Shown piece after piece: positions 1 through 8,079 of a DNA stretch of 64,000 nt; position 1 is the first letter of the stretch; each line of letters starts with the position of its first letter. The stretch is from an uncultured Opitutales bacterium (lineage in GTDB: Bacteria; Verrucomicrobiota; Verrucomicrobiia; Opitutales; T3Sed10-336). Below the pieces are notes generated by a model, which worked only from the letters and a program-made list of their open reading frames with translations, was not told the DNA's origin and did not search any database. The translations under genes were made by a program, and so were the position numbers. The stretch is taken from the NCBI GenBank assembly GCA_964645585.1, contig CAZYAN010000013.1, positions 754-64,753 of the forward strand, given 5' to 3'.

Positions 1-66
1 GCGAACTTTACGAAGCGCGAAGCAGAAAATCAACGGGTTAGCGCCGCCGCCCGAGCGAGGGAACGC

Positions 67-1485
67 TCAGACGGTTTTTGCGATTTGCGACTTCAGGTAA
101 TCTACCACGCTTCGGACCGACTCGTCCTGTTCCATCATGTTTTTTACCGTGCGGCAGGCGTAGATGACAGTCCCGTGATCCCGGCCGCCGAAGGCCTCGC
201 CAATCTCCTGGAGCGGGCAATTTGTCAGCACGCGGCTCAGGTACATCGCAATCTGCCGAGGGAAGGCGATATTGGCCGGACGACGCCTGCTGACCATGTC
301 GGACGCTCGGAGCTGGAAATATTCGACGACGCGCTTCTGGATCATTTCGATCGTGACCTGCTGCTGGGCTTCTTCCCGCAGGATGTCGGCGAGAAGCTGT
401 TCCGCGGTGGCGAGATCGACTTGTTTGCCGGTGAGCGAAGCGTAGCTGGCGACCTTGATCAAGGCCCCTTCCAAGCGGCGAATATTGCTGGTGATGCGTT
501 CGGCGATGAAATTGAACAAATCCGCGGGCAAGCTGCACCGGAGTGCTTTCGCTTTGCTGTGGAGAATCGCCGTGCGGGTTTCGAGATCGGGCGCTTGGAT
601 ATCCGCGACGAGGCCCCACTGGAAGCGGGAGACCATGCGGCTTTCGAGTTTGGCGATCTCCGTCACCGGACGGTCGCTGGAGAGGATAATTTGCTTCTGC
701 GACTCGAACAAGTCGTTGAAGGTGTGGAAGAATTCCTCCTGAATGCGCTCCTTGCCGCTGAGAAAGTGGATGTCGTCGATGAGAAGAATATCGGCGTTGC
801 GGTAGCGCTGACGGAACTTGGCGAGGGTGTTTTCCTGAATGGCCGTGATGTATTCGTTGGTGAATTTTTCCGACGAGACATAAGCGACCCGGGCATTTTC
901 GTTTTGACGGAGGAGGTGGTGACCGACGGCCTGCATCAGGTGCGTTTTGCCGAGACCGGTGGAACCGTAGAGAAAAAGCGGGTTGTAAGCTTGCGCGGGA
1001 GATTGGGCGACAGCCACGCACGCGGCGTGGGCGAACTGGTTGTTGGGTCCGACGATAAAGTTATCAAAAACATTCCGCGGGTTGAGCGGGTTGGGCTTTC
1101 GCGCCGGGCGCCGCTCGCCGCGCCCCTGTCGCGCAGGACCCGATCGCCCGCCGGAAGCGGCTGCCGCGGAGGGAGTTCGGGCGGTGGACGAGTCGCTTTT
1201 CGGCTCGGGATCGGGCGCCGCTTCAGCGGCGGGAACGGCGGTAATCTCGACGCGGATGACGCGGCCGGCAACTTCGCTGCATTTCGTGCTCAGCAAATCC
1301 TGGTAATTATCCTGAAGCCAAATGGCCGCGAAATCGTTCGGAGCTTCAAGTGTCAGGACATCTTCATTTTCGTCGATGCACGACAGAGGTTCAAACCACA
1401 TTTGGTAAACTTCGGACGGGAAGAGGCGGCGAAGCCCCTCCTTGACGGTTGCCCACAGGGCGCCTTCAGTAAGCGTTTCCGGCAT
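67..1485 (-). CDS. dnaA: chromosomal replication initiator protein DnaA
   Basis: 472-aa ORF. Has AAA+ Walker A 'GSTGLGKTHL', Walker B 'ILLIDDIHF', and C-terminal DNA-binding region 'RRRPANIAFPRQIAMYLSR'. Domain II is a P/A/R-rich linker. Confidence 0.97.
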   Translation of the reverse strand: MPETLTEGALWATVKEGLRRLFPSEVYQMWFEPLSCIDENEDVLTLEAPNDFAAIWLQDNYQDLLSTKCSEVAGRVIRVEITAVPAAEAAPDPEPKSDSSTARTPSAAAASGGRSGPARQGRGERRPARKPNPLNPRNVFDNFIVGPNNQFAHAACVAVAQSPAQAYNPLFLYGSTGLGKTHLMQAVGHHLLRQNENARVAYVSSEKFTNEYITAIQENTLAKFRQRYRNADILLIDDIHFLSGKERIQEEFFHTFNDLFESQKQIILSSDRPVTEIAKLESRMVSRFQWGLVADIQAPDLETRTAILHSKAKALRCSLPADLFNFIAERITSNIRRLEGALIKVASYASLTGKQVDLATAEQLLADILREEAQQQVTIEMIQKRVVEYFQLRASDMVSRRRPANIAFPRQIAMYLSRVLTNCPLQEIGEAFGGRDHGTVIYACRTVKNMMEQDESVRSVVDYLKSQIAKTV

Positions 1486-2022
1486 TTCAAAACAAGTTTT
1501 TTGGGAAATTATTCACAATCTTCGATTCGTGTCAGGTTCAGGCCGATACCCGCGTGCAAGGCGGGCCGGAGTGGTGTGGCCGCGGACGAACTCCCAAGAA
1601 TTGCTGCCTGCCGGGCATGTTGCGTCGATCAATTTGTAAATCTTTGATAAACTGACGCTTAAAAGTGCTGTTTTCTGGGTTCTTCATCGGCTTTTGGTGC
1701 TCTCCCGGGGGTCGACCCGTCATTGACTGGCGGGACCGCGAGGAGGCTGTGCCCAGTAACTTCAAAAGGCACGACCTTTTCAAGACCAAGTTTTCCACAA
1801 CTTATCAACAAAGGTTTTGAGCATAACTTTTTCATTTTTTGGTTGCAGCGGACGGGAGGTCGCAATGGGGCGGGACCGGCAGCGGGGTTGGGGGTGAAAC
1901 GGAGGCTTGTGCCAGCGAATCCCTTACGCGCTGGCACGGACATTGCTTATTGTCGACCTTGGCCTCGGCGGTGTCGTCTGAGGGGGGCGGGAACGCGCGG
2001 GGAGTGCGGCGGCGGTGTCGCG
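1486..2022. promoter_or_regulatory. dnaA upstream region; candidate oriC / dnaA promoter with DnaA-box-like 9-mers
   Basis: 537-bp non-coding gap upstream of dnaA. Three 8-of-9 matches to TTATCCACA, all in the same orientation: TTATTCACA (1509-1517), TTTTCCACA (1791-1799), TTATCAACA (1802-1810). The last two are 2 nt apart. Visibly A/T-rich tracts at about 1621-1680 and 1801-1850 in an otherwise GC-rich genome. ORFs in the track here are R/P-rich and unconvincing. Confidence 0.45.
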
Positions 2023-2988
2023 CTACGGCTTCTGGGCGGCCATGTGCGCGATGAGGCGTTCGTTGAACTCGCGCGCGGAATCGTGTCCCATGCGCTTGAG
2101 CGCTTGAACGAGGGCGGCGACTTCGACCAGCCGGCAGAGGTCACGGCCGGAGCGGACTGGAAGTTCGATCAGCGGCACCCGCATGCCGAGGATTTCGTAG
2201 TAATTTTGTTCGAGGCCGGTGCGCTCTTCCTCCATTCCCGGCTCCCATTCCTGAAAGTTCACCACGAGATCGATGCGTTTTTCGAGGCGGACGCTGCGGA
2301 TGCCGAACAGTTCGGCGACATTGATGATGCCGATTCCCCGGCATTCCATGTAGCCGCGGTTGAGTTCGGACGAGCGGCCGATCAGGTCTTTCTCGTTGAT
2401 GAGCGAAACGTAGGTGAGATCGTCGGCAACGAGGCTGTGGTTCCGTTCGATGAGGGCGAGGGCGCACTCGCTTTTACCGACGCCGCTTTTCCCCTTCAAC
2501 AGGGTTCCGATCCCTTTGACGTCCATCAATGTCCCGTGCTCGAGGGTCGTCGGCGCAAATTCGTACTCGAGCGCGACGGTAGCCAGGTTGATGAAGTGCT
2601 TCGTGATCATCGGCGTCCGCAGGATCGGCAGACCGGTTTCTTCGGCGACGCGAGAAATCGCTTTGGGGGGGACGTAATTGCGCGAGAGGACGATGCACGG
2701 GATCATCCGCTTAACCATTTCGCGAAGGATCTGGTATTGGCGCTCGTCGTCGAAGGTGCGAAGATAGGTCATTTCCGCAGCCCCGAGAACCTGGATACAC
2801 TTGTGGGAGAAGAACTTGTAGAAACCGGTAAGCGCGAGCGCGGGACGGTTGACGCTGCCTTCCCGGATGACGCGCTCCATGCCGGTAGCCCCGGCCATGA
2901 GTTCCAAACGGAGTTTCTTCCCGTGGGTTTTGAAAAAATGCGAAACGGTGATGCCTTTCGGTCGTTTGGCTACGGGATGGATCTGCAT
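2023..2988 (-). CDS. hprK: HPr kinase/phosphorylase
   Basis: P-loop 'GKSGVGKSECALALIERNHSLVADD' and C-terminal HprK core. The track ORF runs to 3093, but the internal ATG at 2988 ('MQIHPVAKRPKGITVSHFF') gives a typical length of about 320 aa. The 5' end is therefore uncertain (2988 or 3093). Confidence 0.88.
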   Translation of the reverse strand: MQIHPVAKRPKGITVSHFFKTHGKKLRLELMAGATGMERVIREGSVNRPALALTGFYKFFSHKCIQVLGAAEMTYLRTFDDERQYQILREMVKRMIPCIVLSRNYVPPKAISRVAEETGLPILRTPMITKHFINLATVALEYEFAPTTLEHGTLMDVKGIGTLLKGKSGVGKSECALALIERNHSLVADDLTYVSLINEKDLIGRSSELNRGYMECRGIGIINVAELFGIRSVRLEKRIDLVVNFQEWEPGMEEERTGLEQNYYEILGMRVPLIELPVRSGRDLCRLVEVAALVQALKRMGHDSAREFNERLIAHMAAQKP

Positions 2989-3203
2989 GTTCGATCGGAT
3001 TTGTCGCTGTTCGCCCGACGTCGACGACTTTGCTCGCGCCGGATGTGTAACGGTGATGGACACATGCACCGGTAAGAGCGCGTCGGCAATCAAATACTCG
3101 ACCGATCGCGCGAGCCCGGCGAGGCGTTTTTTATTTTTTATCTTTCATTTTCCGAAGCGAAGAGGGTTTGCCGTCATCCGTTGTTGGCCGAAACCGCTCC
3201 GGA

Positions 3204-4010
3204 TCAAAGATCGAAGTTTTCGCCGAGGTAGAATTTTCGGCTCTGGGGGTCATTGATAAGAAACTCGCTGCTGCCTTCACTCAGAACCTTTCCTTCAAAG
3301 ATCAGGTAGGCACGGTCGACGATGCGCAGGGTTTCGCGGACATTGTGGTCGGTGATCAGAATGCCGATGCCGCGCTCCTTAAGAGTGAGGACGATGTTTT
3401 GGACGTCCGCCACCGAGATTGGGTCCACTCCGCTGAACGGTTCGTCCATCAGGAGGAATTTCGGGTTGGTGACGAGCGCGCGGGAAATTTCGAGCCTTCT
3501 GCGCTCGCCGCCGCTCAGCGTGTAGGCTTTTTGGCGGGCGAGGCGGGTGAGGTGAAGCTCTTCGAGGTGACGGGCTACGACAGCGTCGCGTTCCTTGCGG
3601 TCGATCGGAAGAGTTTCGGCGATTGCCCGGATATTTTCTTCAACGGTTAACTTTCTGAATACACTCGCTTCCTGCGGCAAATAGCCGATGCCGAGGCGCG
3701 CGCGCTTGAACATCGGAACACGTGTCACATCGCGGCCGTCGAGCAGCACTTTCCCTTTTGTCGCCGGAACGAGACCGACGATCATGTAAAACGTCGTCGT
3801 CTTTCCGGCGCCGTTCGGTCCGAGGAGGCCGACAATTTCGCCGGCGCCGACCCGGATATTCACGCCGTTGACGACAGGTCGTTTTCCGTAAACCTTGACG
3901 AGATCACGCGTGATGATTTCACCGCGATGACTCGAGGTCGTCGATGGCGCGTCACCCGGGTTCGTTTGCGCGTCAGGGACAGATTGATTTTCAGCGGCCG
4001 GATCTTCCAT
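3204..4010 (-). CDS. lptB: LPS export ABC transporter ATP-binding protein LptB
   Basis: Walker A 'GPNGAGKTTTFYMIVGL', signature 'LSGGERRRLEISRAL', Walker B 'LLMDEPFSGVDP'. Sits immediately after lptA in a kdsC-lptC-lptA-lptB string. Confidence 0.93.
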   Translation of the reverse strand: MEDPAAENQSVPDAQTNPGDAPSTTSSHRGEIITRDLVKVYGKRPVVNGVNIRVGAGEIVGLLGPNGAGKTTTFYMIVGLVPATKGKVLLDGRDVTRVPMFKRARLGIGYLPQEASVFRKLTVEENIRAIAETLPIDRKERDAVVARHLEELHLTRLARQKAYTLSGGERRRLEISRALVTNPKFLLMDEPFSGVDPISVADVQNIVLTLKERGIGILITDHNVRETLRIVDRAYLIFEGKVLSEGSSEFLINDPQSRKFYLGENFDL

Positions 4011-4012
4011 GG

Positions 4013-4846
4013 TTATTTGAAGTCGTCGCTGCCGCCGAATGCGGGAATCGGCGGAAGTTCGACCCGCGGCCGCTGACTGTCGCCGCTTTCGACGACGGCT
4101 TCCCGTTCATCCTGATAAAACGTGATGCGCGCGCCGCTGACTCTTCCGTCCGGATTTTGAAGGACCGGACTTTCGGTCAGCACGACACGCCCTTCCTGAG
4201 GATAAATTTCCGCACGTCCTGCCATTGCGATGCGGTCGGCCTGGAGGATGCGCACATTTCCGGTTGCGATGATCCTTTTCAGCCGCTCGAGATCGCGAAG
4301 ACGCGATTCGGGCGAATCGGACTCGGGTTCCTCCTTCGCGGCCGGGTCGGTCGCCGGATCTTTCGAGGAGGAATTTTCCGCAATTTCCGCGGAACCGGTC
4401 GGGCCGGGCTCTGCCGGTTTGCCATCGGGTGCGGTTGAACCCTCCTCGATGGTGCTGTTCGCGGCTCTGTCGGCTGGCGCGTCGGCGTCCTTGTGCTTTT
4501 TCTCCGCCGTTTCTTCCGGGGAATTAGATTCTTCCGTCGCCTCTCCGCGCGCGGCGTACACTTCGAGCCGGTCGCAGTAGACGGTCATGTCGGTCGTGGT
4601 GACGACGACGTTACTGGAAAAAACGAACTGCGTCTCGTGTTCGAGGGTCGTCATCTTGAGATGATCGCACTCGATCGCGGTCGGTTTTTCCGCGGGTTCG
4701 TCCGGTTTGGTTTCGGCGGCGGAGGTCTCCGCGGCTGTTTCCCCGGCGCTTTCCGCCGTCGTTTGCGCAGCCAAATCGCCTGCTGAAAGCAGCAGCGAGA
4801 CGGAAAAAAGGCCGGTTGAGAGTGCGGTCGTCGCGGAACGGATCAT
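4013..4846 (-). CDS. lptA: LptA/OstA-family periplasmic LPS transport protein with a long acidic insertion
   Basis: Signal peptide, then OstA-like beta-jellyroll segments ('DHLKMTT...VFSSNVVVTTTDMTVYCDRLEVY' and 'IIATGNVRILQADRIAMAGRAEIYPQEGRVVLTESPVLQNPDGRVSGARITFY'). Position between lptC and lptB. 4-nt ATGA overlap with the upstream gene. Confidence 0.8.
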   Translation of the reverse strand: MIRSATTALSTGLFSVSLLLSAGDLAAQTTAESAGETAAETSAAETKPDEPAEKPTAIECDHLKMTTLEHETQFVFSSNVVVTTTDMTVYCDRLEVYAARGEATEESNSPEETAEKKHKDADAPADRAANSTIEEGSTAPDGKPAEPGPTGSAEIAENSSSKDPATDPAAKEEPESDSPESRLRDLERLKRIIATGNVRILQADRIAMAGRAEIYPQEGRVVLTESPVLQNPDGRVSGARITFYQDEREAVVESGDSQRPRVELPPIPAFGGSDDFK

Positions 4847-5373
4847 TGGAGGATGCCGGTTAATTCTTCAAAAAAGGTTACTTTGACGTTCTCGTCAATC
4901 TCCACACTTTTGTCGTCGCCGTTCCATCGCCAGCGCTCGCCTTCGACGCGAAAATGTTCGCGATCGGTGCCGCTCGCGGCCTCGCGTGTGTAGCCAATAA
5001 CGGTGATTGTTTCGTCGCCGACGATCCGGTTTTCGTCGATTCGCATCACAGCCTGCGGACTGATAATTTCCGAATCGACCCGCCCCGGCTGGTTTTCGTC
5101 GTAAACCACCAGCCGCATGCCTGTCAGTTCGACACGGTTTTCATTGACGTATCGTCCTTCGCGGCCGCGCAGATCCCAGATGAGCGACCCGGTTTCGCCG
5201 AACATCGGCAAGCGGAAATTCGAGACCGGCGCGTCGGGCGTCAGCTGTGCGATCGCGGGAAGGCAGAGGAGGGCGGCCGCTGCGCACGCCGCCGTCGTTG
5301 CTTTCGCGCGGCGGTTCGGGAAGGTGGTGGTTCCGGCGGGAAGGCGGGCCGGTGTCGATTCGCGAAAACGCAT
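4843..5373 (-). CDS. lptC: LptC-like LPS export protein (tentative)
   Basis: 176-aa ORF with an N-terminal hydrophobic anchor and a beta-rich body. Synteny between kdsC and lptA matches the canonical kdsC-lptC-lptA-lptB order. No strong motif was seen. Confidence 0.6.
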   Translation of the reverse strand: MRFRESTPARLPAGTTTFPNRRAKATTAACAAAALLCLPAIAQLTPDAPVSNFRLPMFGETGSLIWDLRGREGRYVNENRVELTGMRLVVYDENQPGRVDSEIISPQAVMRIDENRIVGDETITVIGYTREAASGTDREHFRVEGERWRWNGDDKSVEIDENVKVTFFEELTGILQ

Positions 5374-5395
5374 GCTAAGGAGACCGCCGTGCGGC

Positions 5396-5902
5396 TCAGG
5401 TGTTTCGATAATCGAGGATAAGATTGCAAATCTCCCGCACGGCGCCGGATCCGCCGGGCCGCGCCGTCACGAAGTCGGCACAATCGCGGATCGCCGGAAA
5501 CGCGTTGGGAACCGACACGGCGATGCCGGCCCATTCAAGCGCCTGAACATCGACCACATCGTCGCCCATGTAGCAGACTTCCTCCGGCTGGATCTTGAGG
5601 TCGGCCGCGAGTTGCGACAGCACCTCGCGCTTCTGGTTGGTACCTTGGTAGAGGTGCGGAATCTCCAGTTCGGCCGCGCGGACGGCGGTCGCTTTGGAGA
5701 ACCGCCCGGAAATCCAGGCGACTTCGACGCCCTGGCTGATCAACCGCCGAAGACCGAGACCGTCGAGGATCGAGAACGTTTTGCTCTCCTCGCCATTGCT
5801 GAAGATAGTAACCGTTCCGTCGGTCAATACACCGTCGACATCCATGGCGAAGAGTTTGATATTGGCCCACCGGGCCGGATCGAAAGATTTCATTATACGC
5901 AT
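5396..5902 (-). CDS. kdsC: 3-deoxy-D-manno-octulosonate 8-phosphate phosphatase (HAD superfamily, KdsC)
   Basis: HAD motif I 'FAMDVDGVLTDG' and motif IV 'YMGDDVVD'. The size of about 168 aa and position upstream of the lpt genes are typical of KdsC. Confidence 0.9.
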   Translation of the reverse strand: MRIMKSFDPARWANIKLFAMDVDGVLTDGTVTIFSNGEESKTFSILDGLGLRRLISQGVEVAWISGRFSKATAVRAAELEIPHLYQGTNQKREVLSQLAADLKIQPEEVCYMGDDVVDVQALEWAGIAVSVPNAFPAIRDCADFVTARPGGSGAVREICNLILDYRNT

Positions 5903-6153
5903 TTCCTGAACGGGCGGACGGGCCGCTGTCCGGCGCTGCTTACGATGAAAACTTCCGTCCCCGCGTCAAGTGGCGACTCGCTGGAATTCACGGATCGAGC
6001 CGCGAGGGGGCCGCGTGCTCATCATCACTTTCTCTATCCGCGGAAAGCCGTATCCGCTCGGTCAATCGGCGGATCCGCGACGAGCGAGTTGACGTACCGT
6101 CATTCCAGCGATACCATCCGCGCTGCATAATCGCTGTTTATCCTACACAACCC

Positions 6154-8079
6154 ATGATGACCATGAAACGAGTTGCCGCAGTCTCTGTTCTTGCTTTTGG
6201 CGCCACTGTTGTTGCGCTTGCCCAAACACCGAATGTTATCTTCCACGATGATTTCAGCCAGCCGACTGAGTTGGATACTGGCTGGGACGTTGGCGGGATT
6301 GGCCCTATTCTGATCCCGAGTGAAGAAATCTGGGGTCCCGGATCGACCGACAACCGAGGGGCCTGGGATCAACAATGGATTCAGGTGAAGAATCAAAATT
6401 CGGAGTTCTACTTTGGAGAGCCGAACAACAGCTACCTTGAGATTCAGGCCAGCGGCCTTGACCCGGAGTCGATTTGGCTTACGGCGGTGAATCGCTTCTC
6501 CGAGCCGTCCGAGGTCGTGACCGTCAGCCTGCGGTTCTATGAACCCGGCACGATCGATGACGGCGGTCCGCGGATCCGCCTGGGTGCCGGTAACGCGGTA
6601 TTCAACGGCCAGCGCGCGCGCCAGGACACCGAGTTCGATACGGGCAATTTTTCAGGCAAGAGCGATGTTTATTCGACGGATGAGTCGCATTTGCTGGAAC
6701 TCGTCTACAACAACTCGAGCGAAACGGTGACCTATATCGATGGCCAGGTGGCGCTGCGGTCTGACACCTATGATGTCTGGATTGACGGCAATCTGGTTAT
6801 GCAGAGCCACTCGTTTGCTACCGGCAGCACCAGCATCCCGGTTGGGCAGGGCCTGCAGTCTCTGGCAATTGTCGTCTTCGGGGCTGACCGAAACACTCTT
6901 TATATCGATGATGTAACGGTTTATGATGGTCCGTATATTCAGAGTCCCGGTACGATTCCTGAACAGCCAGAGGAAGGCCTTCTTTTCGCGGACGATTTCA
7001 GTGCGCCGGAACCGAACGGTCTTCCCAGTTTCGAAATCTGGGGCGAGGACGCGGTCACGAACCGGGGCCCCGCTGAAACGCAGTGGGTTCGCGTGACGAA
7101 TGCCAATTCAGAAGAGTATTTTGGGGAACCGAACAACAACTACCTGGAACTCTACTCCCTTGGCGGTAACGGAGCCGACTCCGTGTGGATCTCCGCCAAG
7201 AACAAATTCTTCTATCCGTCGTCCGTGGTGACCGTCAGCCTTGATTTTTACCGCTCTCCTTCAGGTTCGTTGGGGCCGACGATGCGGGTCGGTGTCAACG
7301 ATCCGATCTCTTCCAACACCAACCGGGCACGTTATCAGTTCCGGTTCGAAGAAAATGCTCTTTCAGGCGGCAACACGGTGGTTCAGGATGGCCAGCGTTA
7401 CCACCTCGAGATGGTTTATAACAACTCGGAAGCCCCGGTCACTTATGCCGAGGGCACAGCGACTGTACTGCCTGATTCTTATGATATATGGATCGATGGT
7501 GAGCTGATGGTTTCGGGCGTACAGTACGGGCCTTATGATTCAACCAGGGTTCCCCTTGGCGCGAGTATGACATCCTGGGGGCTCGGAATTTTCGGCACTG
7601 CTCAGAACGAGCTCCGGATCGATAACCTGAAAATCTATGAAGGCGGCAGAGTCTCCGGGACGGCTGGCGGCGGTGCCGTTACTTTCGCTGAATGGGTTGC
7701 TTCGGAAGGAATATCGGTTGAGCAAAGCGGTTTGCTGGACGCTCCAGCCGGCGACGGGATTCCGAACCTGATCAAGTTTGCCCTTGGACTTCCGGCATTG
7801 ACGCCGTCCCGGGCGGACCTTCCCGCGCCCCAGCGGGTAGTCGAGGGCGGGGAGGAGCATTTGGCGCTGGAATTCGTCCTTCCGGCGGATCGGGTCGGTG
7901 TTCAACTGCTTCTCCAGGGCGCCGAGGAGCTGGGAGGCGAGTGGACGGATCTTGAGGTCACACCGGAGGTGCTTGACGCGGGAGCCGAGGGCGGTCAGCT
8001 TGTGAGACTTTTGGATCCAGAGCCGATGTCGGCTCATGATCGTCGGTTCCTTCGTCTCCGAGTTAACTATGTCGAATAG
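6154..8079 (+). CDS. secreted protein: two tandem LamG/concanavalin-like modules plus an uncharacterised C-terminal module
   Basis: Sec signal 'MKRVAAVSVLAFGATVVALAQT'. Two paralogous modules of about 230 aa (see repeat feature). C-terminal 'GDGIPNLIKFALGL...RRFLRLRVNYVE'. Visibly lower GC than neighbouring genes. Confidence 0.85.
   Translation: MMTMKRVAAVSVLAFGATVVALAQTPNVIFHDDFSQPTELDTGWDVGGIGPILIPSEEIWGPGSTDNRGAWDQQWIQVKNQNSEFYFGEPNNSYLEIQASGLDPESIWLTAVNRFSEPSEVVTVSLRFYEPGTIDDGGPRIRLGAGNAVFNGQRARQDTEFDTGNFSGKSDVYSTDESHLLELVYNNSSETVTYIDGQVALRSDTYDVWIDGNLVMQSHSFATGSTSIPVGQGLQSLAIVVFGADRNTLYIDDVTVYDGPYIQSPGTIPEQPEEGLLFADDFSAPEPNGLPSFEIWGEDAVTNRGPAETQWVRVTNANSEEYFGEPNNNYLELYSLGGNGADSVWISAKNKFFYPSSVVTVSLDFYRSPSGSLGPTMRVGVNDPISSNTNRARYQFRFEENALSGGNTVVQDGQRYHLEMVYNNSEAPVTYAEGTATVLPDSYDIWIDGELMVSGVQYGPYDSTRVPLGASMTSWGLGIFGTAQNELRIDNLKIYEGGRVSGTAGGGAVTFAEWVASEGISVEQSGLLDAPAGDGIPNLIKFALGLPALTPSRADLPAPQRVVEGGEEHLALEFVLPADRVGVQLLLQGAEELGGEWTDLEVTPEVLDAGAEGGQLVRLLDPEPMSAHDRRFLRLRVNYVE
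6235..7644 (+). repeat. intragenic tandem duplication (two LamG-like modules, about 6235-6930 and 6979-7644)
   Basis: Protein-level repeat. Module 1: 'VIFHDDFSQP..EIWGPGSTDNRGAWDQQWIQVKNQNSEFYFGEPNNSYLEIQ..ESIWLTAVNRFSEPSEVVTVSLRFYEPG..HLLELVYNNSSETVTYIDG..TYDVWIDGNLV..LYIDDVTVYDG'. Module 2: 'LLFADDFSAP..EIWGEDAVTNRGPAETQWVRVTNANSEEYFGEPNNNYLELY..DSVWISAKNKFFYPSSVVTVSLDFYRSP..YHLEMVYNNSEAPVTYAEG..SYDIWIDGELM..LRIDNLKIYEG'. Confidence 0.85.

Noticed and set aside
85-1647. 520-aa plus-strand ORF antisense to dnaA. Similar long antisense ORFs occur at 1723-3075, 8063-9085, 17020-17910, 35890-36816, 38552-39943, 52619-54172 and 57056-58063.
   Set aside because: All lie opposite genes with unambiguous conserved motifs. 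Their translations are R/G/P/A-rich and low in complexity, with no recognisable domains. This is the usual artefact of stop-codon depletion in GC-rich DNA.
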